Assembly: GCA_951406725.2 (NCBI GenBank) | Contig: OX597839.1 | Coordinates: 20,584,001 to 20,648,000, forward strand | Source of the DNA: Octopus vulgaris | Lineage: Eukaryota | DNA length: 64,000 nucleotides | Reading direction: 5' to 3' | Shown: positions 13,724-26,176 of the stretch, in pieces | Layout: each line of letters opens with the position of its first letter | How positions within the stretch are numbered: position 1 is the first letter of the stretch | Notes under the pieces: generated by a model | Database searches by the model: none | The model's input: the letters and a program-made list of their open reading frames with translations, nothing else | What the model was told of the DNA's origin: nothing | Made by a program: the position numbers and the translations under genes

Positions 13724-13998
13724 TGGTGAACTAAAAAACGAGAAGAGTTACTATTCGGGAGGGGGGTGGGGGAGACGACTGCCTGGGGATCGAGTTATAT
13801 CAGCAGAGGGTAACCGATGTAGAGGGCAATGAGAAGAAAGAACCTGTCTCTTCGGTTTCCTTTTTGCCTCGAGTCATGTTATTGTTGTCTACATTATTGT
13901 TTTCAGATTGAGGATAGGGGGCGGGCGGGCGAGGTGGATTGGTGGTGGTGGTGGTGGGAGGGAGAGGAATATGAGAGTGAAAGAGGACAGAGGGAGTG

Positions 13999-14031
<33 letters not shown>

Positions 14032-14034
14032 CTC

Positions 14035-14067
<33 letters not shown>

Positions 14068-14213
14068 ATGGTACTACTAGTAGTAGTAGTAGTAGTGGTA
14101 GTAGTAGTAGTAGTAGTAGTAGTACTGGTAGTAGTTAACGGGAAGAACATCCTAACAATCATCTGCTGAAACGCAGACAAACCGAACCATATTTTTCTTT
14201 AAATGTGATCTTG

Positions 14214-14248
<35 letters not shown>

Positions 14249-14256
14249 ACACACAC

Positions 14257-14298
<42 letters not shown>

Positions 14299-14437
14299 AC
14301 ACACACACTCACACATACACACACACACACACATACACACATAGAAATAAAAATATATAACATGTATGTATGTATATATATATATATATATGTGTGTGTG
14401 TATGTGTGGAGGCACATGGCACATAAGATTTGTTTAT

Positions 14438-17400
14438 GTGGATTCGCGTGGCTTCGTGGTTAGGGTGTCAGTATCATGATCGTAAGATTGTGGTTTCGAT
14501 TCCTGGACCGGGCGACGTGTTGTGTTCTTGAGCAAACCACTTCATTTCATGTTGCTCCATTCCACTCAGCTAATGGTTAGGATGTTGCACTCGTGACTTC
14601 TAGATTGTGGTTTCAATTCCTGGACTGGGCAGTGTATTGTGTTCTTGAGCAAAACCCTTCATTTCATGTTGCTCAACTCCACTCAGCTAATGGTTAGGAT
14701 GTTGCACTCGTGACTTCTAGATTGTGGTTTCAATTCCTGGACTGGGCAGTGCATTGTGTTCTTGAGCAAAACCCTTCATTTCATGTTGCTCAACTCCACT
14801 CAGCTAATGGTTAGGATGTTGCACTCATGACTTCTAGATTGTGGTTTCGATTCCTGGACTGGGCAATGCATTGCATTCTTGAGCAAAACCCTTCATTTCA
14901 TGTTGCTCCAGTCCACTCAGCTAATGGTTAGGATGTTGCACTCATGACTTCTAGATTGTGGTTTCAATTCCTGGACTGGGCAGTGCATTGTGTTCTTTTG
15001 TAAACCACTTCATTTCATGTTGCTCCAGTCCACTCAGCTAATGGTTAGGATGTTGCACTCATGACTTCTAGATTGTGGTTTCAATTCCTGGACTGGGCAG
15101 TGCATTGTGTTCTTTTGTAAACCACTTCATTTCATGTTGCTCCAGTCCACTCAGCTAATGGTTAGGATGTTGCACTCGTGACTTCTAGATTGTGGTTTCA
15201 ATTCCTGGACTGGGCAGTGCATTGTGTTCTTTTGTAAACCACTTCATTTCATGTTGCTCCACTCCACTCAGCTAATGGTTAGGATGTTGCACTCGTGACT
15301 TCTAGATTGTGGTTTCAACTCCTGGACTGGGCAGTGCATTGTGTTCTTGAGCAAACCACTTCATTTCATGTTGCTCCACTCCACTCAGCTAATGGTTAGG
15401 ATGTTGCACTCATGACTTCTAGATTGTGGTTTCAATTCCTGGACTGGGCAGTGCATTGTGTTCTTTTGTAAACCACTTCATTTCATGTTGCTCCAGTCCA
15501 CTCAGCTAATGGTTAGGATGTTGCACTCGTGACTTCTAGATTGTGGTTTCAATTCCTGGACTGGGCAGTGCATTGTGTTCTTGAGCAAAACGCTTCATTT
15601 CATGTTGCTCCACTCCACTCAGCTAAGGGTTAGGATGTTGCACTCGTGACTTCTAGATTGTGGTTTCAATTCCTGGACTGGGCAGTGCATTGTGTTCTTG
15701 AGCAAAACCCTTCATTTCATGTTGCTCCACTCCACTCAGCTAAGGGTTAGGATGCTGCACTCGTGACTTCTAGATTGTGGTTTCAATTCCTGGACTGGGC
15801 AGTGCATTGTTCTCTTGAGCAAAACCCTTCATTTCATGTTGCTCAACTCCACTCAGCTAATGGTTAGGATGTTGCACTCATGACTTCTAGATTGTGGTTT
15901 CAATTCCTGGACTGGGCAGTGCATTGTGTTCTTGAGCAAAACCCTTCATTTCATGTTGCTCCACTCCACTCAGCTAATGGTTAGGATGTTGCACTCGTGA
16001 CTTCTAGATTGTGGTTTCAATTCCTGGACTGGGCAGTGCATTGTGTTCTTGAGCAAAACCCTTCATTTCATGTTGCTCAACTCCACTCAGCTAATGGTTA
16101 GGATGTTGCACTCATGACTTCTAGATTGTGGTTTCAATTCCTGGACTGGGCAGTGCATTGTGTTCTTGAGCAAAACCACTTCATTTCATGTTGCTCCAGT
16201 CCACTCAGCTAATGGTTAGGATGTTGCACTCGTGACTTCTAGATTGTGGTTTCAATTCCTGGACTGGGCAGTGCATTGTGTTCTTGAGCAAAACCCTTCA
16301 TTTCATGTTGCTCCACTCCACTCAGCTAATGGTTAGGATGTTGCACTCGTGACTTCTAGATTGTGGTTTCAATTCCTGGACTGGGCAGTGCATTGTGTTC
16401 TTGAGCAAAACCCTTCATTTCATGTTGCTCAACTCCACTCAGCTAATGGTTAGGATGTTGCACTCATGACTTCTAGATTGTGTTTTCAATTCCTGGACTG
16501 GGCAGTGCATTGTGTTCTTGAGCAAGACACTTCATTTCATGTTGCTCCAGTCCACTCAGCTAATGGTTAGGATGTTGCACTCGTGACTTCTAGATTGTGG
16601 TTTCAATTCCTGGACTGGGCAGTGCATTGTGTTCTTGAGCAAAACACTTCATTTCATGTTGCTCCACTCCACTCAGCTAATGGTTAGGATGTTGCACTCA
16701 TGACTTCTAGATTGTGGTTTCAATTCCTGGACTGGGCAGTGCATTGTGTTCTTGAGCAAAACACTTCATTTCATGTTGCTCCACTCCACTCAGCTAATGG
16801 TTAGGATGTTGCACTCATGACTTCTAGATTGTGGTTTCAATTCCTGGACTGGGCAGTGCATTGTGTTCTTGAGCAAGACACTTCATTTCATGTTGCTCCA
16901 GTCCACTCAGCTAATGGTTAGGATGTTGCACTCGTGACTTCTAGATTGTGGTTTCAACTCCTGGACTGGGCAGTGCATTGTGTTCTTGAGCAAAACACTT
17001 CATTTCATGTTGCTCCACTCCACTCAGCTAATGGTTAGGATGTTGCACTCATGACTTCTAGATTGTGGTTTCAATTCCTGGACTGGGCAGTGCATTGTGT
17101 TCTTGAGCAAAACACTTCATTTCATGTTGCTCCACTCCACTCAGCTAATGGTTAGGATGTTGCACTCGTGACTTCTAGATTGTGGTTTCAACTCCTGGAC
17201 TGGGCAGTGCATTGTGTTCTTGAGCAAAACACTTCATTTCATGTTGCTCCACTCCACTCAGCTAATGGTTAGGATGTTGCACTCATGACTTCTAGATTGT
17301 GGTTTCAATTCCTGGACTGGGCAGTGCATTGTGTTCTTGAGCAAAACACTTCATTTCATGTTGCTCCAGTCCACTCAGCTAATGGTTAGGATGTTGCACT

Positions 17401-17741
17401 CATGACTTCTAGATTGTGGTTTCAATTCCTGGACTGGGCAGTGCATTGTGTTCTTGAGCAAGACACTTCATTTCATGTTGCTCCACTCCACTCAGCTAAT
17501 GGTTAGGATGTTGCACTCATGACTTCTAGATTGTGGTTTCGATTCCTGGACCGGGCGACGCGTTGTGTTCTTGAGCAAACCACTTCATTTCACGTTGCTC
17601 CAGTCCACTCAGCTGGCAAAAATGAGTAACGCTGCTGTGGACTGGCGTCCCGTCCAGCTGGGGAACCCATACGCCATGGAAACCGGGAAACCGGGCACAT
17701 GAGCCTGGCTAGGCTTTGAAAGGGCGCATTTATATATTTTA
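14438..17741 (+). mobile_element. SINE family C insertion containing an internal tandem array; 13-bp TSD
   Basis: aagatttgtttat at 14425-14437 and 17742-17754. The 5' head and the 3' tail (ggcaaaaatgagtaacg...gaaagggcgcatttat) match the monomer at 24651-24902. Confidence 0.9.
14569..17610 (+). repeat. SINE-head-derived satellite, 117-bp unit x26
   Basis: Unit gctaatggttaggatgttgcactc(g/a)tgacttctagattgtggtttcaattcctggactgggcagtgcattgtgttcttgagcaaaac(c/a)cttcatttcatgttgctccactccactca; starts at 14569, 14686, 14803 ... 17495. Confidence 0.97.
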
Positions 17742-17804
17742 AAGATTTGTTTATAATGGTCAGAATGTTCGTTATACCTTAGCTCAGTCCTTCCATCAAA
17801 TCGA

Positions 17805-17972
17805 TATTTCTTGTACAGGTGCACGGCGTGCCACACATCAACACCTCAGGTGTCAAAGTGATCGCAAAGCAACGTGATATGAAGAATTTTGCTCAAACAC
17901 ATGATGCATTGACCTGTCCGGGAATCGAAACCGTGATTTCGCGATCGTGAGTGCAACACACTGACCACTAAT
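17805..17972 (-). mobile_element. older SINE family C-related copy
   Basis: Reverse strand tagtggtcagtgtgttgcactcacgatcgcgaaatcacggtttcgattcccgg...tttgagcaaaattcttcat. Confidence 0.7.
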
Positions 17973-18300
17973 CTCAACCTGAAATTATAGAGAAGCGTTT
18001 TGAAACCCAACTCAATTCACCCGTTGATTTTTCTTACCTAAAACCCTAACCACAAAGCCATTTGCGCTCTTTGTAGTTCAATGAAGGACTGTGACTTGAA
18101 ATGTTCGACAGTTGAAATCTTCGCAACAATTGGCTGTTGGATTGGACTTATCGATGAAATTCTTCAATGAACTTTTATCAATAGCTTCTCGTTGTAAATA
18201 TCTTCAGTTTTCTTTAGTTTAAATGATATTTAATTCTTACCGAGAAAGACGCACCAGCCCTTTAAAATATTCTGATGGCATCCGTAGAATATACATACAC

Positions 18301-18460
18301 AGGAGTGGCTGTGTGGTTTGCTTACCAACCACATGGTTCCGGGTTCATTCCCACTGCGTGGCACCTTGGGCAATTGTCTTCTTCTATAGCCTCGGGCTGA
18401 CCAAAGACTTGTGAGTGGATTTGGTAGACGAAAACTAAAAGAAGCCCGTCGTATATATGT

Positions 18461-18518
<58 letters not shown>

Positions 18519-18727
18519 ATGTTTGTGTGTCTGTGTTTGCCCCCCACCAACATCGCTTGACAACCGATGCTGGTGTGTTTACGTCCCCGTAACTTAGCGG
18601 TTCGGCAATAGAGACCGATATAATAAGTACTAGGCTTACAAAGAATAAGTCCTGGGGTCGATTTGCTCGACTAAAGGCGGTGCTCCAGCATGGCTGCAGT
18701 CAAACGATTGAAACAAGTAGAAGAGTA
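18301..18727 (+). mobile_element. SINE family B, full length with internal (TA)/(TG) microsatellite
   Basis: Head ggagtggctgtgtgg...; B-box-like gggttca(g/t)tccc; CORE-like gcaccttgggcaa; internal microsatellite; 3' part ending gaaacaagtagaagagta. Confidence 0.9.
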
Positions 18728-19139
18728 TACATCAAGCATGTATGCACACACAAAGGGTAAACTGATTACATCGACCCCAGTATGCAACTGGTACTGATTT
18801 TAGCGAGATCGAAAGGATGAAGGGCAAAGTCAAACCCGGCAGCATTTGAGCTCAGAGGTACGGGTTAACGGGTTACCAGTTCGTAGGGGGATTTGGGCGC
18901 CTTTACTTGACTGTATAAAGTTGAAGTTCGTATTCTCAATGTCGGAATATTTTTAAGGAAAAGCAATGATATAGACACAATGCACATCTAGTTTCGCTTG
19001 GAGGTGCCGGCGTGTGTGAGTTTGTGTATCAGGATTCGTATGTGTATGAATATATTTGTATAACTATAAGCACATATATACACTATATTTGTGTGCGCGT
19101 GTGTATGTATACATTTTAAAGTTCATTCACACGCATACA

Positions 19140-19731
19140 TACAGACGGAGAGACAGGCTGATAGACTCATAGATAGACAGGTAGACTGATAGATAGACAG
19201 ACAGTCAGACACAGACAGATACACACACAGACACATACAGACACAGACAGATACAGACACAGACACAGACACAGACAGATACAGACACAGACAGATACAG
19301 ACACAAACACATACAGACACAGACAGATACAGACACAGACACAGACAGACACAGACACAGACACAGACAGATACAGACACAGACACAGACACAGACAGAT
19401 ACAGACACAGACACAGACAGACACAGACACAGACACAGACACAGACACAGACAGACACAGACACAGACAGACACAGACAGATACAGACACAAACACAGAC
19501 AGACACAGACACAGACAGATACAGACAGACACAGACACAGACAGATACAGACACAGACAGACACAGACACAGACACATACAGACACAGACACAGACAGAT
19601 ACAGACAGATACAGACACAGACACATACAGACACAGACAGACAGATAGATATATATAGATTGACTGACTGATAGGCAGACAGATTGATAGACAGACACAG
19701 ACAGACAGACTGATAGATAGACAAACAGACT

Positions 19732-19775
<44 letters not shown>

Positions 19776-19790
19776 TACATACATACACAC
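19140..19790. repeat. (GACACA)/(GACA)/(GATA) compound microsatellite
   Basis: Direct reading. Confidence 0.95.
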
Positions 19791-20315
19791 GTGTACACGT
19801 GTGTGTAAAACTGTAACTTATGTATGTATAATCAATACTTATATATATATATGTATACACACACCCGCACACAGATATACTTACATATCCATTTATACAT
19901 TCATAAACACACTTCTACAAACACACACACACACACACACACATGCATAAACATGTGTGTACACACGCCCTCGCGCACACATATATTAGTGTCCCCCCCA
20001 CGCCATCCCCACGCTTGCACACTCCGTCTTTGTCTGTCTGTGATGTCTTACAGCTGAGTCTACCATACAAGAGAATGGGAATCATTCTGCATGTTCGTTA
20101 AAATATTCTTCTCTTCCTTTCTTTGCATTATTTCATATTTTTCTTCTTTTTGGTTTTCATCATCTCTCTCTAAAAACAACACAAGATGACTTAAGCTTTC
20201 CAACATTTCATCTACCAGCTCTACACACACACACACACAGACAGACGTACATTCATACATACATATATATTCATGTATATATATATACATTCATATATAT
20301 ATATATATATATATA

Positions 20316-20513
20316 TACTCTTTTACTCTTTTACTTGTTTCAGTCATTTGACTGTGGCCATGCTGGAGCACCGCCTTTAGTCGAGCAAATCGACCCCCAG
20401 GACTTATTCTTTGGAAGCCTAGTACTTATTCTATCGGTCCCTTTTGCCGAACCACTAAGTAACGGGGATGTAAACACGCCAGCATCAGTTGTCAAGCGAT
20501 GTTGGGGGGACAA

Positions 20514-20569
<56 letters not shown>

Positions 20570-20706
20570 GACGGGCTTCGGTCAGTTTCCGTCTACCTAC
20601 CAAATCCACTCACAAGTAGGAGACACTTGCCCAAGCTGCCATACAGTGGGACTGAACCCGGAAGCATGTGGTTGGTAAGCAAGCTACTTACCACACAGCC
20701 ACTCCT
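20316..20706 (-). mobile_element. SINE family B, near full length
   Basis: Reverse complement of the family-B sequence, with internal microsatellite. Confidence 0.9.
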
Positions 20707-22074
20707 ATATATATATATATATAATCATTTACGGTCACTTTCCATGCTCGAATAGGTTCGACAGTCTGACAAGATCCCGTCGCACCTTAAGGCTGCATCG
20801 ATCCCAAATGTCAGCTTTGGCAGTTCCCTGTCACTGCTCGAGAACCGATATTCATTTATTTATACCCAACCGGCCTTAACAACAGAATTAGGACCAGTAT
20901 TTATTTATTTATTGTGAAAAAAAAACCCCGTAAGCTTTGGGGTCGATTTGTTGCACTAAAATCCTCAAGGCGGTGCCACCAACATGGCCGCAGTCCAATC
21001 ACTGAAGCAAGTAGAAAGGTAAAACATAAAAAAAAAAAACAAAAAAAACGGCGTGGGTGGGAGTGTGGAATAATACGGTGTGTCTTGATGCAAATTAGAC
21101 TACTACTACTACCATTACTACTACTGCTACTTCTTCCAGTGCCAACAACAATGAACAGAGAGAAAGGCTTCCTGTATTGTTTCAGTTCTCTGGTACGTTT
21201 GATCTTTTGTTTCACAATGGGAGGTATAAGTGTAGTCCCTCTGTCTCGTTTCGAGTAATGCTTGGAACATTTCCAAAAGGTCTGTCTACCATGAGGTTGG
21301 TGGTACGAGCTAGCGAAGTAAGTGGTCCTTCACTGTATTATACAGAGAAGTTGAAATTCCTTTTGAAAAATCTCTTCTCTTTTTTAACAAAAAATAAATT
21401 AATAATTTTATTGCGTAGGGGTTTGATTCGTCGTGTCTGAGAGAGGAACGGTGATAATAGCAGTTGTGGTTGTCTCTTAGGGGCGAGAAAGAAGCATCGG
21501 GGTTTGGGAGTGGAAGTGAATGGGGAGGGAGAAGAATGGAAAGAAGAAGAAACAATGATTGTTACAGGCAAAGATGACTCGTCGTCTACGAAAAATGCTT
21601 TACAACCTGGCGCCTGTCCCATCTTCCAAAATATATTATGTCTATCAAATAGTTTGTGTCTGTGTGAAGTGTGTGTGTGTGTGTGTGTTTATGTTTGGAG
21701 GTGGAAGAGAATTGAAAGAGAGAGAGGGAGAAATTGGTACCACTTCGAAAAGGGTTTTTTCCTAATGGCGTTCGACCTGAAAGTTGGCAATGAAAACATT
21801 TAATATGGCGATCATTCCGGAAGTGTGTTTTCCCTCTGTTTTTGTGGCACCAATGTAACCTGTCTTTGAAAATGTCCCACACTCATCTCACAACCCTTGT
21901 CGCAAATGAAAGGAATTATTATTATTATTATTATTATTATTATTGGCGGTGTCCCAGTATGGCCACAGATCGTGAGCTGAAACTAGATAAAATAAAAAAA
22001 TATATAAATAAAATAAAATTATTATTATTATTATTATTATTATTAGTGTTGTCGTTGTTGTTGATATTATAATG

Positions 22075-22430
22075 AAGCTGCGAGCTGGCAGAATCGTTAG
22101 TACGCCGGACGAAATGCTTAGCAGTATTTATTCCGACTTTACGTTGTGTTCAAATTTCGCAAAGATCGATTTTGCTTTTCATCCTTTCGGGGGTCCTTAG
22201 AGTAGGTACCAGTCGACTAATCCTCTCCTGCAAAATTTCAGGCTTTGTGTCTTATAGTACAAAGGGTTATTGTTGTTAAGGCAGCGAGCTGGCAGTGACG
22301 TTCTGAGTTCAAATTCTGCCTGAGTCAACTTGGCGTTTCATACTTTCAGGGACGATAAAACAAGTTCAATTTGAACACCTCCTCCCCGATAATTTCAAGC
22401 CTTGTGCCCAGAGTAGAAAGGGTTATCAGT
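22075..22430 (+). mobile_element. two diverged SINE family A (A' tail) copies
   Basis: cgagctggcagaatcgttag...ttttcatcctttcgggg and ggcagcgagctggcag...gttctgagttcaaattc. Confidence 0.75.
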
Positions 22431-22502
22431 AGTAGTTGTAGTAGACGTTGTGAAGTCCTTAAAATCTTGGGCTCTTGTAGCCAATAGATATACTATTTTC
22501 AC

Positions 22503-22965
22503 CAAGGCTGTGGAGCCGAAGCAAAAAGCTTCGACTCTGACTCCTCTACTATTGGTACCTCCGACTCTTCTACTATAGTACCTCTGACTCCTCTACTATT
22601 GGTACCTCCGACTCTTCTACTATAGTACCTCTGACTCCTCTTCTATTGGTACCTCCGACTCTTCTACTATAGTACCTCTGACTCCTCTACTATTGGTACC
22701 TCCGACTCATCTACTATAGTACCTCTGACTCCTCTACTATTGGTACCTCCGACTCTTCTACTATAGTACCTCTGACTCCTCTTTATGTAATTGGTTGTGG
22801 TCTACATATCTCATAAAGTATATGCATACGCTTGTACTTTGTATAGGCCTATTTGTTAGAATTGGCTTATATTAAAGAATAAAGACATTGTGAGTCGGAG
22901 TCGGTATAGTTTTACCGACACCCCTTAATTGTTTCCGACTCCACGACTCCGACTACTCAACTCTG
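22503..22965. mobile_element. hAT-type MITE with internal 45-bp minisatellite
   Basis: Degenerate TIRs caaggctgtggagccg and cgactccgactactcaactctg (CAGGGCTGTGGAGTCGGAGTCG type); 8-bp flanks attttcac (22495-22502) and attatcac (22966-22973); internal ctctgactcctctactattggtacctccgactcttctactatagtac about 5.5 times. Confidence 0.75.
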
Positions 22966-23440
22966 ATTATCACTGTGAACAGAACGCCTTGCAGTATTTC
23001 TTTCTCTCTACCGCTTTTGCGTTTATGAATTCTTCAAATGAATGCCAAGAACCAGCAATTCTAGAATAGCACATCTACTTACTCCGCCGTTGATACAGAC
23101 TGCTTCGTGCACCACAACGAGCAGTTTGAATTAGACATACCCGGACAATTGTATAGGGAAAAACCGTGACCTGTGCCAATGAGTATTCGCTCGTATTTGC
23201 ATGTATTAGAAGACATTCGCAAACAGAACAGTGAAAGGTGATGCTAGAAATTCTAGCCTAATGGAGAATAAATATATATACCGTTTTAATGGTAATGAAA
23301 CTTTTATTCTCGCTGTATATTTTGCATATGTGAGTACTCATACGCATACATCTATGTATATATATATGTCCGCACACGAACACACACACATATATATATA
23401 TATATACGCACCTATATATTTGTATAGATATTTGTTTCTG

Positions 23441-23484
<44 letters not shown>

Positions 23485-23538
23485 CACACACACACATATA
23501 TTTACGCACCTATATATTTGTATAGATATTTGTTTCTG

Positions 23539-23587
<49 letters not shown>

Positions 23588-23612
23588 CATATATATATAT
23601 ACACATACATAT

Positions 23613-23675
<63 letters not shown>

Positions 23676-24448
23676 TATATATAACACATATATATATATA
23701 TATATATACACATATATATACACACAAGCACAGTGAGAGGTACTCACACACGCTCCCACACATACAGCTATGTACTCCTCGGACCGTTAGATCTCAGGTT
23801 TCGTGCAAACGTGTACACGTCAGCGAAGCGGAAAGATTGTAACAGGCTCGGCTGACATATCTATTTTGTTCGGATTGAAAAGTTTAAGTTACCGAATCGC
23901 GGAGTGGGGTGTCAGATTGATTTTCACCGCCTAGCGGAGAAATACAAACGATTAAATTGAAATTCCACTGATTTCATCCTACGTTAGCATACTCTACCCG
24001 TGTCTGGCACGTAATTTATATTATATTATTTAGAAATATATCCCCATTTTTTTTTATTTTCTCGCAGAAATTCTTGTGCCCATAAGATTCGTAGATCATA
24101 TTTTATAATGATCGGATGCACATGTAAAATATTCACGTTCGATATACATGTAAAAATATACTTATATACAATGTTGCTATAAGCATAAACATATCCGTTG
24201 GATCTCAAGTTTCGTGCAAGCGTGCAATCGTCAGCAAAACGGAGAGTGATTTTCGGAGGCAAGCGACTTTATTTTCTTCTGTTATAAGAACTTCGTCATA
24301 GGGGTTAAAATATTGAAATTCACCCTCACACACACACACCTCCAATGCGAACTATAACGTTGAAATAGCATTCACCGCATTGCACATTAAAGTGCTATAT
24401 CCTTATAAAGGGAATCTTATATTTTATGTATACATATATATATTTCTT

Positions 24449-24650
24449 TATTGCCCACAAGGGGCTAAACATAGAGGGGACAAACAAAGGGATTAAGTCG
24501 ATTATATCGACCCCAGTGCGTAACTGGTACTTTATTTATCGACCCCGAAAGGATGAAAGGCAAAGTCGACCTCGGCGGAGTTTGAACTCAGAACGTAACG
24601 GCAGACGAAATACGGCTACGCATTTCGCCCGGCGTGCTAACGTTTCTGCC
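24449..24650 (-). mobile_element. SINE family A
   Basis: Reverse complement of the family-A body and tail; abuts a SINE-C head at 24651. Confidence 0.85.
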
Positions 24651-24902
24651 GTGGAGGCGCGTGGTTTAGTGGTTAGGGTGTCAGCACCATGATCGTAAGA
24701 TTGTGGATTCGATTCCTGGACCGGGCGACGCGTTGTGTTCTTAAGCAAAACACTTCATTTCACGTTACTTCAGTCCACTCAGCTGGCAAAAATGAGTAAC
24801 GCTGCGATGGACTGGCGTCTCGTCCAGCTGGGGAACACATAAGCCATAGAAACCGGGAAACCGGGCCCATGAGCCTGGCTAGGCTTTGAAAGGGCGCATT
24901 TA
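24651..24902 (+). mobile_element. SINE family C monomer (tRNA-derived head)
   Basis: gtggaggcgcgtggtttagtggttagg (A-box-like) ... ggattcgattcc (B-box-like) ... gttgtgttcttaagcaaaacac ... gaaagggcgcattta. Confidence 0.9.
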
Positions 24903-25000
24903 TCTATTTTTTTGTATACATATTTGTATAACATATTTCTTGCGTGTGATGTGCATCAACTCACTAAATAATTTTTTATTTTATTATTATTTTTTTTATT

Positions 25001-25256
25001 TATGCGCCCTTTTCAAGCCTAGCCAAGTTCATGGGCCCGGTTTCTGTGGCGTATGTGTTCCTCCCAGCTGGACAGGACACCAGTCCATCCCAGCGTTACT
25101 CAAGAAACAGGAAGAAAGAGGAAAGAAATTTGGGGCGAAAGAGTACAACAGGTGTTTCCGCTCAATAAACACACACAACGCCCGGTCTGGGAATCGAAAC
25201 CGCGATCCTCCGACCGCGAGTCCGTTGCTCTAACCACTGGGCCATTGCGCCTCCAC
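25001..25256 (-). mobile_element. SINE family C-related copy, inverted relative to its neighbour
   Basis: Reverse strand gtggaggcgcaatggcccagtggttagagc...ggtttcgattccc; shares the 3' tail ...gagcctggctaggcttgaaaagggcgcat-type sequence. Confidence 0.8.
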
Positions 25257-25401
25257 TTACTACATAATACAATGTATAAATATTATAGAGAGAAGCATTG
25301 AGCACTTGGAATTTCTCCTATAATATAGAATATATTGGGACACATTACAAAATTTTCATAAAGGTATATTTATGCATGTATGCCATATATATATATATAT
25401 A

Positions 25402-25782
25402 TCTTTATATATAAAAGTAAGGTTGTGCGTCTGTCTCCTACGATTTAGATTCCTAACTACTCCCGCATTTTGCGGTGCAGTTTAACCAAAAGCAGGTATC
25501 TTATAGTCGTGATTCATATCGAGACCTTCTGGGTATTAGCGCGCGTCTACGATGAGTCTACGATTTAAAAAAATATTTACCATAATTTTTTTCCATTTTA
25601 ATGCATTTTTTCGCTATTATATAAAAATGTCTACGATGAGTCAACGATTTAAAAAAAAATTTACCATAATTTTTTTCCCATTTTTAATGCATTTTTTTGC
25701 TATTTTTTGGCTATAACTCTCTAAAAATGCTTATATAGTTATTTCTCTTACAAACTCGAGCAACGCCGGGCGATACTGCTAG
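25402..25782 (+). mobile_element. non-autonomous Helitron
   Basis: a|TCtttatatataaaa start; subterminal GC-rich imperfect hairpin ctcgagcaacgccggg; ends CTAG|t; A/T target without TSD; internal ~80-bp duplication (tctacgatgagtc...). Confidence 0.8.
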
Positions 25783-25813
<31 letters not shown>

Positions 25814-26027
25814 CATTGGTATCATGGGCAATATTCAAAATCAGAACCATATAATTGAAGCAGGGTATTTGTAGCATATTTGAGTATTTTCTTTCCAGCT
25901 GTCTCTCATAAATATAAAGGATTTATATTAAAAGCTGATGCTATTTACATTCGTTTATACATCTGAAACTTTCATTGCTGCCACGCAATAGACGTTACCA
26001 ATACAGTCTATCTATCTATCATTCTAC

Positions 26028-26118
<91 letters not shown>

Positions 26119-26135
26119 CCTACCTACCTACCTAC

Positions 26136-26176
<41 letters not shown>

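Noticed and set aside
14569-17610. CRISPR array or tandem tRNA gene cluster
   Set aside because: There are no unique spacers or cas genes. Units are near-identical SINE heads lacking a complete acceptor stem, and they continue into SINE body sequence.
18040-18210. Possible decayed mariner HTH-linker or exon on the minus strand
   Set aside because: Only vague similarity, with no diagnostic motif or TIR.
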